64,000 nt of DNA from a virus. The stretch spans positions 10,143-74,142 of IMG/VR virus record IMGVR_UViG_3300037475_000122, one strand, 5' to 3'. The notes under the pieces were generated by a model, which was not told the DNA's origin, did no database searches, and was given only the letters and a program-made list of their open reading frames with translations. The first letter of the stretch is position 1. Each line of letters opens with the position of its first letter. Positions 28,837 through 38,260 of this stretch are shown in pieces. Position numbers and translations under genes: made by a program.

Positions 28837-29264
28837 ATCCGGATTCCGTAGTGGTTCGCCTCTTCCCGGAAGGGGGTTGATTTTTGAGCCACGATTTTTC
28901 GTCCGTGCGTCAAGGTGACTTCGCCGTCGTGCCGGTCTTCTTTCCACGTCTTCGCCCACGGGCCTCGGAAGGTCAGGACCCATGACGTCCCCTGACTGCG
29001 GACCTTGTGATAGGTATCGCGGCCGGTCCAAATCGGCTTCAGGCTGGGGCGATACCGGGTGCGTCCGCCGTGGCGGATGTCCTCATCGAGCAAGCCCGTC
29101 AACAGCCACGAAAAGCAGTTGAACGCGTGCGAGTGGTAGGCGCTCCGGGTCCCGTTCGAGAATCGCAGCAAGGCGACGCTGAAAACGGATTTCCATTCGA
29201 TGAGCCAGAACGCGGTGACGTTGGACTCGGGTCCGCCGTCTTTGGATTTTGAGAATAATTTCAT
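28833..29264 (-). CDS. Cupin-like protein
   Basis: HSHAF..E..YHKV..SWVLTFRGP. Confidence 0.6.
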   Translation of the reverse strand: MKLFSKSKDGGPESNVTAFWLIEWKSVFSVALLRFSNGTRSAYHSHAFNCFSWLLTGLLDEDIRHGGRTRYRPSLKPIWTGRDTYHKVRSQGTSWVLTFRGPWAKTWKEDRHDGEVTLTHGRKIVAQKSTPFREEANHYGIRI

Positions 29265-29282
29265 GAGGGTTGGGGTTGAAGA

Positions 29283-30659
29283 TTACACCGGGGCGAAGGG
29301 CGCGGGCATGTCGTAGGGCTCGCACAAGCCGACGTTGGCAAACTTCAGTTGAATGTCATACGTCGCGGTCTTGCCGAACTTCGGATGCACGAGGAAAAAG
29401 GTTTGCGTGGGGTCCACGGGGGAGAAACCACCGGCCAGCCCGTAGCCGTCGAGCCCGGGGAAGCCGCCGTTGACGATGAACGAGCCGCGCGCGTGCGGGA
29501 GCACAATCGAGCGGTGAAGGTGCCCGACGAGGAAGTAGTGCGGCGAAGCTTCCATGGCTTTTCCGAAAAGCTGCGCGGTGCTCGACACCATCCGGCCGAC
29601 GGCATGGTTCGGAATCCCGAGGGCCTTGTCCCCGCCCTTCAGGTGGTCACCGTGCGACAGATGGAACTTGAATCCCTGAACGTCGAACAGCGCGAACGGC
29701 TGGCGGTCGAGGTGCCATTGAACTTGCGGGATTCCTTGCGTCAGCGCCTCAATGTAGGCGTAAAGGAAATGGTCGAGGTTGCTGTATCGGTTCTCCGTTG
29801 GCATCTTGTGTTGGTGGGACCATCGGGGGTGATTCCCAACGCAGCAGTAAACGCGAATCTTCGGGACGAGCGCGGAGAGGTTGCGGAGAAATTGCGCGAT
29901 GGCGTGCCCGGCTCCGTAAAACTGTTGGAACAACGTCGAGTGTTGCCCGGCCTCAACGCCGTGATTCAGCGCGCCGTGAATCATATCGCCGCCGAGGCAA
30001 ACGACGAACTCGTCGAGCGGCGTGGTCGTGTGGTCGGTCGAGATGGACCGCACCGCGTTCTCGTAGTATTTCAGACGGGCGAGGAACGTTCGGAAATCGT
30101 ATCCGCCGTAGCCGAGGGTTTGGTCACCGTCGATTTTCTGGCCGACGTGCGTATCAGTGAGCATGATGAGCCCAGACTGCGCGCGGTTGCCGGGCCGGGG
30201 CTGGTTGGACGGCACGAACGGGACCGGCTGATAGCTCAGCGGGGCGAGGTCCTTTGCCAGCCCGACAAGCTGCTCGACCACGCTACCGTCACGAAGGGCG
30301 CGGTCATACTTCGCCTCAAGTTGTTTGTATTGGCGCTTCCAATACTCGCTGCTCGTCGCCTCGCGGTCCTGCTCGAACGTGGACGGCTCCACGGGAGGAC
30401 GCGGAGGGCCAGAAGGACCTTGAGGGCCGCGAACTCCGCCGGGACCGGGAAGTCCGGGACCTCCGGGGCAACCGGGCGCACCCATCGGCCCGGGGGGACC
30501 GGGAATCGAAGCTATAAAGCGCGCCTCTGCGGCAAGACGACGCCGAATTCCGCTCACTGCGGCCCGACTCTTTCCAGTGCGTAAGGCCACGTCAACATTT
30601 CGGATGCTCAGGTCTTTGACCAAGTCAAGTTGGTCGGGGGTCCAAGTCTTGTGCTTCAT
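29283..30659 (-). CDS. Calcineurin-like metallophosphoesterase with N-terminal HTH and collagen insert
   Basis: DTH, GGD, GNH, HGDH, GHLH motifs. Confidence 0.85.
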   Translation of the reverse strand: MKHKTWTPDQLDLVKDLSIRNVDVALRTGKSRAAVSGIRRRLAAEARFIASIPGPPGPMGAPGCPGGPGLPGPGGVRGPQGPSGPPRPPVEPSTFEQDREATSSEYWKRQYKQLEAKYDRALRDGSVVEQLVGLAKDLAPLSYQPVPFVPSNQPRPGNRAQSGLIMLTDTHVGQKIDGDQTLGYGGYDFRTFLARLKYYENAVRSISTDHTTTPLDEFVVCLGGDMIHGALNHGVEAGQHSTLFQQFYGAGHAIAQFLRNLSALVPKIRVYCCVGNHPRWSHQHKMPTENRYSNLDHFLYAYIEALTQGIPQVQWHLDRQPFALFDVQGFKFHLSHGDHLKGGDKALGIPNHAVGRMVSSTAQLFGKAMEASPHYFLVGHLHRSIVLPHARGSFIVNGGFPGLDGYGLAGGFSPVDPTQTFFLVHPKFGKTATYDIQLKFANVGLCEPYDMPAPFAPV

Positions 30660-31216
30660 TTCTTTTTGCGAGTTTTAGGCGGCTGTTCGGTTTGTGTCGA
30701 GGAAGGGTCGATGGAAATTTGCTCTTTGGCTTCGCGTTTAAACGCAGCGTCGTAATCGTCGAATGCGGCCTTCGGAGTCGCGCCCCGGCCGATGAGCCCG
30801 CATCCATGCACGCTGATGTCGCCCGTGTAGGCGATGAACGAGCCATCCCCGAGGCACGCAATCTGCGGCTTCATGAAATAGGACGGCTTCGAGACGACTT
30901 GCGCGCCCTCGGTTTGCGCCTTCAGGAATTCGTATTGCTGCTCGTAGTTTTTCTGAAGCGTCGCAAGGACTTTGCTCTCAGCGTCGATGCTCCATCGGGA
31001 ATCCTCATCGAGAATTCTGTCCAGCCGCGCGCAAGTCTTGATGAGCGTCGTCGTAACGGCAACGGCCGCTTCGCCTTCGAGCCGGGCAGGCGTGGAGACG
31101 GAATCGTTTGCAGGCCGGAAAAAAGTGTCGAGCGTGGCGAGGGCCGAAAGCAGGTCTCGAATCTGTTGACTCGTCACGACCCCGGGCGAGGGCAAGTTGA
31201 ATTGTGGTGCGCTCAT
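30656..31216 (-). CDS. Hypothetical protein
   Basis: 186 aa, 4-bp overlaps on both sides. Confidence 0.7.
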   Translation of the reverse strand: MSAPQFNLPSPGVVTSQQIRDLLSALATLDTFFRPANDSVSTPARLEGEAAVAVTTTLIKTCARLDRILDEDSRWSIDAESKVLATLQKNYEQQYEFLKAQTEGAQVVSKPSYFMKPQIACLGDGSFIAYTGDISVHGCGLIGRGATPKAAFDDYDAAFKREAKEQISIDPSSTQTEQPPKTRKKK

Positions 31217-31734
31217 TTAAAGGTCTGTTTTGCCCAATTCAGGAGGTGAACCGCATCGACCGCATTGTCGTCCAAAATCTTATTCCTTAAGGTATCCTTT
31301 ACGCCGTCTTTGTCAAGTATGTATCTCGGGTCCATCGTTAAAGCCCGGGCCATTTTGTCTTTGTCGGCGCTCCCGCTGCCCGTGGCAAACGCTTTCAGCT
31401 TGCCAGTAGAAAGACAGTCGATGTTTACACCCTGTTGACACCAAATCGCCGCGCGCCACGTCGCCCAGAGGTGCGCTTGCATCCGGGATTTGACGAACTC
31501 GACATCCTCAAAAACAATCCAGTCGATATTGGGGAACGAGGAGCGGAATTGCTTGATGAAAATCAACAGGCGCACGAAACGCGGGTCCTGTCGCCGGTCC
31601 ATTCGCTTTTCGATGGCTTCGACAATCTGCGCGCGGCTGGCGAGACTCCACGTCCCTGCGTCGTCGTTGGGGAGCATCGCATGATGCATCGCCCAGCCGG
31701 TTTTTGTCCCGAGGTCGAGCGCCAGAATGTTCAT
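31213..31734 (-). CDS. RuvC-like Holliday junction resolvase
   Basis: ILALDLGTKTGWA, FE, K.FATGSG.ADK, DNAVDA. Confidence 0.85.
   Translation of the reverse strand: MNILALDLGTKTGWAMHHAMLPNDDAGTWSLASRAQIVEAIEKRMDRRQDPRFVRLLIFIKQFRSSFPNIDWIVFEDVEFVKSRMQAHLWATWRAAIWCQQGVNIDCLSTGKLKAFATGSGSADKDKMARALTMDPRYILDKDGVKDTLRNKILDDNAVDAVHLLNWAKQTFK
31289..31316 (-). promoter_or_regulatory. Possible internal promoter
   Basis: TTGACA-N16-TACCTT inside the RuvC gene. Confidence 0.45.
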
Positions 31735-32432
31735 TGAGTCTTGCGAATGCCCCGGCGTTCGAGCCGAGTCTTCAGCGCAGCCAGAATCCCCGCGTGAATC
31801 TGCCGGACGCGTTCGCGGCTCAGCTTCGGAGTCAGAATTTTTCCAATCTCCGCGAGGTTAAAGCCTTCGACGTAATGCAGACGGATGATTTCGCGGTCCC
31901 GGGGCGAGAGCGTTTCCTCGCACGCGGCCAGTTCACCCTTCAGGAAGCCGTCATGGTCGTTCTGCTCGACCGTGGATTGCTCAACGAGTTGGTCCGGGAC
32001 TCGATTGCCCGCGCGGTGCTCACCGTCGAACGGGACGCCGGGAATCCATTTGTCGATGGGAATCTCGATGGGCGGCTCGCCATGCTTGAAGTCCACGGGC
32101 GAGCGGGCGCGCCAGCAACGGGCGATTGCCGCGCGGACGTAGGGAATCAGGAAAGCACGGAATGGGAAGCCGAGTTCAGGATTGAAACGGCCGATGGCAA
32201 TCATCAGCGCCTCATTTGCCGCGCTCGTCGTCTCATCGACTGGCAACCGTCCGCCGGAGAACCGCTGGCCTAGCTTCAGCGTGTAGAGCAGATGGCGAGT
32301 GATGAAAGTTTCCCGCGCGGCGTCATCGTTCGCGAGCATTTTGCGCGCGAGGCTGAGTTCTTCTTCCGCCGTCAGAGGCGGGAAGCGCAAGTCTTCCTCG
32401 ACCTTGTAGTATCGTCCTTCGTTTTCGCTCAT
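31731..32432 (-). CDS. Phage sigma-70-family factor
   Basis: Start MSENEG at 32432; LTAEEE region 1.2, region 2, and region 4 HTH LSPRDREII..LAEIG..SRERVRQI. Confidence 0.85.
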   Translation of the reverse strand: MSENEGRYYKVEEDLRFPPLTAEEELSLARKMLANDDAARETFITRHLLYTLKLGQRFSGGRLPVDETTSAANEALMIAIGRFNPELGFPFRAFLIPYVRAAIARCWRARSPVDFKHGEPPIEIPIDKWIPGVPFDGEHRAGNRVPDQLVEQSTVEQNDHDGFLKGELAACEETLSPRDREIIRLHYVEGFNLAEIGKILTPKLSRERVRQIHAGILAALKTRLERRGIRKTQ

Positions 32433-34657
32433 TTTTGGAATTGGGAATTTTCCGTTTGGGGGACCGGAGGGGCGGTCGGCTTCAGAAAACGGTCTTCGCA
32501 TTCGATTGTGAACACGCGGCCGTTGTCGCCTTCCGCAAGAGTCATTTTGAACATCCCTTTTTCGTGGAGTTGGAGCAGGGTCCGGGGGATGAAGTCCGGC
32601 TTGTAGCCGCGCAGCACCTCGGCGAATCCGGGCGAGGACAGCATCGAAATCTTCAAGTCGGTCGCAGAGCCGACCCACGCCTTTGCGCCCCGGGCAACGT
32701 CGGTGAAGTATTCGCCGAGCCACTTGCAAAGGATTTCGGAGAAGGCCGACACCGCGCTCGAAAGATTCGACGTGCGCTGAAGTGTCGTGTCGCAGTAAGG
32801 GGTCACACCGAACCGAGGGTCCGCGCCGTCGAGACAATGCGCGGGAGTCTGCCAGTCGAGAAGCCAGCGCGCGAACGCCGGGAGTTCCCGCTTCAGCATC
32901 TCTCTCATTTCCGTCTGTCCGAGAAATTTGATAGTGCGCGTCGCAGCGCGGAACAGCATGAGCTTTTCCAAGATGCTGCCGTCAAGATTAGGAATCTGGT
33001 CAATAGAAACAGGGTCATCATTGCAGGTAATCACGATGCGGCCTTGCCATGGAACCATGACGGCCTTGCGGAACTTCTCGTTGGCCCGATGCTCCCGGGA
33101 GGCAATGGCCCGCTTCACGCCTTCACTGAAAAGCCGTTTCATGGTCGCATTCGACGCCATGCTTCCGTCATCAATGACCCAGAGCCCGGCGTCAAAAAGT
33201 TCGGAGTTGAAATTGTCGGTCTGCGTCAGGTAGGCGTTGGCCTCAGCGCATCCGCCGACAAGCCCGCCGATGATTCCGCGATTGAGGAAGGTCTTGCCGA
33301 CGTTCACCGGCCCGGCGATGATGACGCCATGTCCGCTGTGCGGGTCGCGGAGGTGACATGACCGATAGAAGTATTGCAACCACGCGAGGAATCGTTCAAG
33401 CGGCGTCCTGTCCGGCGTGAAAAACTGCTCAAGGAACATTGAGACGAACGGGAAATCCCCGGACGCGCCCCAAGTGCCGCCGGTCAACTTCGGCTTCACC
33501 GCTTCGATGCGGTGCGTGTTCAAAATCATCTTGCCGTTGTGATTGAAAACGCCGTGGGGGTAAAACGCGCACGACGCGGCCCCGGCGACATACTGATGAA
33601 GGTCGATGAACGCGAGGGCCTTTTCGACCATCGAAACGCCTTCCTTGGGTTTCTTATCCGAGAGCCCGTGATTGACGACAAGCTGCCGCCGGAGCGTCGT
33701 CGGCTCCATGCAGCGCACCGAGTTGTCAGGCGCGGGCATGAAGTAGGCGCGGCCGTCGAAATAGATGTCTTTGACCGCCTTGCCGAGGTGCTCGTCCTCA
33801 GACCGCTCGACGAACTCCGCGCCGATGAGGTCGGCCCACGGGTAAAACGGTTTCGGAGCGTGCGCGGAGAAAGTGTAAAGCCCGGTCTCGCGAACGATGG
33901 CGGACTTGGGGGACGCTGAGCCGTCAACCCAGAACGTCGGCCCCTGCGCGCCGACAACGAACTCCCCGGGCCACTCGTGAAAGCGGGGAAATTTCTTCCG
34001 CATCTCCTCGGCGACGCGGTCCATCGACACGGCGACCTTGCCGAGTTCCTTGGACGTCCAATCGAATTTTTCGGAGATGCGAAGAACGAATCCGCGAAGC
34101 TGCGCCATGGGGACGAGCACCTTAGACAACTGAGTCCAGCGGCATCCGTTCGTGAAGTATTTTTCGGGAGTGATGAGTGCCGGTTTGTCGAGCCCGGGGA
34201 GACGGTCCACGGGGATTAGCGCCGAAATCTCCTTCAGCACATTGATTGCGAACCGGCGGGACGGGAAGCGCAGCGGCTCCTCAAAAAGCCAGATGAGACG
34301 GCCGTTCCCGGAGAGCGTTTGCTCAAACCAATTCGGTTTGATGTCGCCCATGATTTTCATCGCGGCGTAAACGTCCTCAAGGGTCGTCTTGGCGTCGTAA
34401 TCGACCGCCAGCCCGTGCATGAAAATCGGAGGGTTGGACGCCTCGTCGTTGTTCGTCCCGCCGTGTAAACGCAGATTGGCTTGGACCCCCTCGAAAAGGG
34501 AATAGACGTGGAAGACCGTTTCCGGGTTGTTAATCCATGCGTCGCGAGCCGCCTTGTCTGTCCGGCACTCCTCGGGCACTAACTCGAACTCCGTGAACTC
34601 CCACGGCTTCACGTCCGAGAAGATTTCGACGGAAGAAAGGTTGCGAAGGTAAAACAT
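32429..34657 (-). CDS. Primase-helicase
   Basis: N-terminal DYD / SGNGR primase-like motifs; Walker A GPVNVGKT; WVIDD; ITCN. Alternative TTG start at 34672. Confidence 0.8.
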   Translation of the reverse strand: MFYLRNLSSVEIFSDVKPWEFTEFELVPEECRTDKAARDAWINNPETVFHVYSLFEGVQANLRLHGGTNNDEASNPPIFMHGLAVDYDAKTTLEDVYAAMKIMGDIKPNWFEQTLSGNGRLIWLFEEPLRFPSRRFAINVLKEISALIPVDRLPGLDKPALITPEKYFTNGCRWTQLSKVLVPMAQLRGFVLRISEKFDWTSKELGKVAVSMDRVAEEMRKKFPRFHEWPGEFVVGAQGPTFWVDGSASPKSAIVRETGLYTFSAHAPKPFYPWADLIGAEFVERSEDEHLGKAVKDIYFDGRAYFMPAPDNSVRCMEPTTLRRQLVVNHGLSDKKPKEGVSMVEKALAFIDLHQYVAGAASCAFYPHGVFNHNGKMILNTHRIEAVKPKLTGGTWGASGDFPFVSMFLEQFFTPDRTPLERFLAWLQYFYRSCHLRDPHSGHGVIIAGPVNVGKTFLNRGIIGGLVGGCAEANAYLTQTDNFNSELFDAGLWVIDDGSMASNATMKRLFSEGVKRAIASREHRANEKFRKAVMVPWQGRIVITCNDDPVSIDQIPNLDGSILEKLMLFRAATRTIKFLGQTEMREMLKRELPAFARWLLDWQTPAHCLDGADPRFGVTPYCDTTLQRTSNLSSAVSAFSEILCKWLGEYFTDVARGAKAWVGSATDLKISMLSSPGFAEVLRGYKPDFIPRTLLQLHEKGMFKMTLAEGDNGRVFTIECEDRFLKPTAPPVPQTENSQFQK

Positions 34658-34670
34658 GGGTTGCTTCAAC

Positions 34671-34700
34671 AAGGTTCCACAAAGCAGGGTGCTTTGTCAA
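34671..34700 (-). promoter_or_regulatory. AACCTT-class promoter for primase-sigma operon
   Basis: TTGACA-N18-AACCTT. Confidence 0.55.
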
Positions 34701-34706
34701 GTCCCC

Positions 34707-36722
34707 TCATTTTTTGTAGTGGGGGATGACCTCAAGCTCGCAGTCAATCGGCAGGCCCGGCATCCACGAAACCGGGCGGCGCATGATGTCCCGGACTTGG
34801 TCCGTGGTGATGAGGGGGTCTTCGACCTCAATGACGGCTTCGTCGTGGACGGTCCAGAGGACGTTGATTCCGGGGGTCTCGTCGAGCGCCACGCAGCACT
34901 GCCCAAATATATCGCGCGCTGTAGCTTGCACGAGATTTTCAGTCAACAGACCGCCATAGAAGTTTTTCCGGACGATGCCGTTGCGCTTTTGGTCGAACGC
35001 GAGGGCCGTGAAGCATGTCTTCGTGACCCATTTGCCCGGGCGGTCGGGGTCTGCAACGGCCTTGCGCTCGCGCATGACCTCGGGGTAGCGGAGCACCCGG
35101 CCGGAGGGCAACTCCATCTCGAAAGTTTTTCCGACGGAGTCCCGGAAGGCGGCATCGAGCGTCGCCCAGATTCCATCCGGCCCGGCGATGAGCGGATTCT
35201 GCTCCCGATACTCTTTCACGATGCGGCGCGAGGTCATCCCGTAGCCGGAAATCATGATGGGCTTCCCGGCCATGTCTTTGCAGATTTCGCCTTCCTCGTT
35301 GCGCGCTTCGACGAACTCGGGGTCGTCAACGGTGATGTCGAGCCCGGCCATCGTCATGGCGACGTTGATGAACTTGCGCCAGCCACACCCGAAGCCCAGC
35401 CCGAGGACGCGCGCCTTTGCCAGCGCGTAGAGTTCGGCGTCCTCCTTCTTCATGTCTTCGCCCTTCCATCCCATCGTCGCGATGGCGTGCGCCTGATACG
35501 GCGAGACACCGCGCGACATGAGGTCGAGCATGATTTGGTCCTTCACGAACCACGCCAGAACGCGCGGCTCAATCTGCGACAAGTCGGGGGCCATCATCCG
35601 GCAACCTTTGCGCGGGACAAGCAGGCGTCGGACGTCGAGACTGTCGGCCACGTAGGCGGGAAGAGGTGTGGGCACTTTGGCAGAAACCGTTTTGGCAATC
35701 TCCTTCAGCCGGGGCGCGTCGGTGATGAGGTGCTGCCCGGCGTCGAAGTAGAGCGGCACCTTTCGCATGTTCTGCATGTTGAAGCCGCCAGAGCCAGCCC
35801 AGCGGCCCGTATGCGCGCCGAAATAGAGCAGGTCGTATGGGAAAATGTTGTCGGAGTGCAGGCGGGACTTCAGCGTCTCCAACGTCGTGATTTGTTTGTT
35901 GATGACGCGATAGTCAGTGTATGCCTTGACCCACTCGTATTTCTGATACTGCTCCGCCCACTCGTCGTAAGCCTCATCGCCGTCCTTCGACTTCACGGGC
36001 GGGGCCGGGATTCCGTATTTCCGGCACTCCTCGGCGATTGCTTTCGGCGACGTCGGCTTGCGCCCGGAGGCGACCCACGGGAGGATTGAGTCCGCGAGGA
36101 TGAGGGCCTTCTGCGCGGAGATTAGCTGGCGGTCTAACTCCTCAAGATTCATCGCGCACCCGCGCATGCACTGGCGCACAGTCATGTCAGAGAGTTTTCG
36201 TTCAAGCTCCGGCCAGAGGTGTCCGAACTTCGCGAAAAACTGCCAGCATCGGATAACGTCCACGCGCCCGGCTTCCATCACCTTTTCCGAGACGCCTTCC
36301 GCAACCATCTGGTCCCACGTTTTCCCGTCGGCGTCCTGACGATAGGATTTATCGACCTTGAGCCCGAGCAAGTATTCCGTCGCCCGTTCGAGGTCGCGGC
36401 GCATCGCCAGAAACGTGGTCAGGTTGGCCGTGCAGTGCCACGCCTTGAAATCAATCGGAGGTGCCCAGCCTCGGCGCACCATCTCGGCATGCACGCGGCG
36501 GTCGAAGCCCGCGTTGTGCGACAGAAGCACGTTGCCGCCTTGCAGCGCGTCCCAATTGAATTGATTACGCGGGCCGGACCAAACATCTGTGCCATCGGTC
36601 ACCGAAATCAAGTAAGGGTCGAAGCGCGGATGCCGCACGTAGGTTTCCGCACCAAGGTCCTTGATGCTATACTCCCCCTTGATGTAAAACGTCTCGAAGT
36701 CGATGCCGATGATTCTGCTCAT
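34707..36722 (-). CDS. polA: DNA polymerase, family A, with 3'-5' exonuclease
   Basis: DFET, HNAGFD, HTGRW, DLSQIEPR, K...LG.GFG, VHDE. Confidence 0.9.
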   Translation of the reverse strand: MSRIIGIDFETFYIKGEYSIKDLGAETYVRHPRFDPYLISVTDGTDVWSGPRNQFNWDALQGGNVLLSHNAGFDRRVHAEMVRRGWAPPIDFKAWHCTANLTTFLAMRRDLERATEYLLGLKVDKSYRQDADGKTWDQMVAEGVSEKVMEAGRVDVIRCWQFFAKFGHLWPELERKLSDMTVRQCMRGCAMNLEELDRQLISAQKALILADSILPWVASGRKPTSPKAIAEECRKYGIPAPPVKSKDGDEAYDEWAEQYQKYEWVKAYTDYRVINKQITTLETLKSRLHSDNIFPYDLLYFGAHTGRWAGSGGFNMQNMRKVPLYFDAGQHLITDAPRLKEIAKTVSAKVPTPLPAYVADSLDVRRLLVPRKGCRMMAPDLSQIEPRVLAWFVKDQIMLDLMSRGVSPYQAHAIATMGWKGEDMKKEDAELYALAKARVLGLGFGCGWRKFINVAMTMAGLDITVDDPEFVEARNEEGEICKDMAGKPIMISGYGMTSRRIVKEYREQNPLIAGPDGIWATLDAAFRDSVGKTFEMELPSGRVLRYPEVMRERKAVADPDRPGKWVTKTCFTALAFDQKRNGIVRKNFYGGLLTENLVQATARDIFGQCCVALDETPGINVLWTVHDEAVIEVEDPLITTDQVRDIMRRPVSWMPGLPIDCELEVIPHYKK

Positions 36723-37000
36723 GGGTCCTTTAGATAACAGTGCAACACAAAAGCCCCGTTGTCAAGGAGCAGCGTCCCGAGGAAACTCCGCGAAGGGTCA
36801 TATTCCATCGCAACGCCGGTCTCGAATTTCTCGATGACGTAGTCGCGCCGGGGCCACTTGTCGTCGAAAATTATCTCCGCCCAGACGAAAGGGATGCCCC
36901 GCTGAAGTTGAGCCGACAGAAGGTGTGAGCCCTGCGGCAAGTTGATGATGTCCCGCCCGGCCATCGGCTGAATCGGGAATTTGTGGATGATGGTTTTCAT
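36719..37000 (-). CDS. Small conserved phage protein
   Basis: 93 aa; IHKFPI..LSAQLQ..WA..TG..FLGT..FVLH. Confidence 0.65.
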   Translation of the reverse strand: MKTIIHKFPIQPMAGRDIINLPQGSHLLSAQLQRGIPFVWAEIIFDDKWPRRDYVIEKFETGVAMEYDPSRSFLGTLLLDNGAFVLHCYLKDP

Positions 37001-37341
37001 GCCCAGAAATCGGGAGGAGGAGTTTTGAATGTGATTTTGGCTTTTGCGACGTGAATCTTGCCTTGGAAAAAGTGTTTGACCCAGATGTCGTCGCGGTCAG
37101 CGCCCCAGCCGCGAAGGAGAAACACGTAGGCCGGGAATTGCTTCGACAGCATTTTCATGTCGTCTTCGTGGGCATACCATGAGCACTCCTCGTCGAACGG
37201 GTTGAAGCCGTCGAGGTCCGACGAGGAGTTCATCAGCACGCTAACAAAATCCGGTTCTGGCTCGCCTAGGACCTCGCGGAGCGGGTCATTCAGCGGCTTG
37301 TGAAGAATCGGTTCGAGTTTGTAGCGCGTGGAATAGCTCAT
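36997..37341 (-). CDS. Hypothetical protein
   Basis: Start MSYST at 37341. Confidence 0.65.
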   Translation of the reverse strand: MSYSTRYKLEPILHKPLNDPLREVLGEPEPDFVSVLMNSSSDLDGFNPFDEECSWYAHEDDMKMLSKQFPAYVFLLRGWGADRDDIWVKHFFQGKIHVAKAKITFKTPPPDFWA

Positions 37342-37688
37342 GCCTTGAGGGTGACGCCGATAGACGGATGACGGCGAACTTTGAGTTGAATGATTTTGCA
37401 CGCGGCGACTTCCAGCATCGTGCGGAGCTTGACTTGCGCCCGGCCCGTCGTGAACGAGGAAATCTCTTGGTCTGGCGCGGTGTATTCGTCCACGGAGACG
37501 CCGTAGGCGTTCGCGAGATTCCGAATTGTGGCGTCGATGTTCGCTTCGATGTCGTCGATGAACTGCTCCGAGACGCGGGTGAATTTTCCGCCGCGCTTCT
37601 CCTTCGAGACTTGCAGGGCGAACGCCTTCACGGCGCTTCGGTTGAGGAGGAACAGGCGGGGGGCTGCGGGTTGTGTGTCTTCAGTCAT
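37338..37688 (-). CDS. Histone-fold-like protein
   Basis: LLNRSAVKAFA..FTRVSEQFIDDIEA..HPSIGVTL. Confidence 0.55.
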   Translation of the reverse strand: MTEDTQPAAPRLFLLNRSAVKAFALQVSKEKRGGKFTRVSEQFIDDIEANIDATIRNLANAYGVSVDEYTAPDQEISSFTTGRAQVKLRTMLEVAACKIIQLKVRRHPSIGVTLKA

Positions 37689-37694
37689 GGTTTT

Positions 37695-37994
37695 TCAGTT
37701 TTGGTTTTCGAGAGTGTCCCACGGCGCGAGCGGCACCGACGTCCACGCGTCCGGCTTGCAGGAGGACGGCGAGCCCTCGCAATAGAATTCCCAGATGAGC
37801 CCGGCGACGAACCGGCCTAGGCAAACCCGCGTCGGGTGCCCGGCGCGCGGCTTGAAGGCCAGCAGAATCGGCTTCGTCGTCTGTGCGTCGCTGTGCCATT
37901 GAGGCAGCAAGGCGATTGTCTCCGCGTTCATCCACTCGACCGACTGGACGACTTGGGGAACTTCTTTGATTGGATTTTTGGCAGTTGGTTTCAT
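37695..37994 (-). CDS. Hypothetical protein
   Basis: Start MKPTAK at 37994. Confidence 0.55.
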   Translation of the reverse strand: MKPTAKNPIKEVPQVVQSVEWMNAETIALLPQWHSDAQTTKPILLAFKPRAGHPTRVCLGRFVAGLIWEFYCEGSPSSCKPDAWTSVPLAPWDTLENQN

Positions 37995-38260
37995 TCGAGT
38001 TGTTTTTTCAGAGTTGTGATGCAATGCTCCCGGGCGAGCGCGAGCGGCTGAGAGTCCCCGGCGGCTTCGAGACGAGAGGCCCGGGCGATGACTATCATGC
38101 AGTCCACGATTGCGGCGCAATTCGCGGTGTGCCGCTTGTCGTGCCGGGTGCAGGGGCCGCACATCTCGCGGACCATGTCGGGCGGGACTAACACGCCATC
38201 CCGAGAGGCCAGCGGCGCTCCGCACTTGCACCACTTATTGTAAACGTCGCCCTCAATCAC
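37991..38260 (-). CDS. Small Cys-containing protein
   Basis: GTGA overlap start; CKC..CGPC. Confidence 0.5.
   Translation of the reverse strand: MIEGDVYNKWCKCGAPLASRDGVLVPPDMVREMCGPCTRHDKRHTANCAAIVDCMIVIARASRLEAAGDSQPLALAREHCITTLKKQLE

Noticed and set aside
31731-32837. 368-aa version of the sigma factor
   Set aside because: The extension overlaps the primase gene; the ATG at 32432 is coupled to the primase stop
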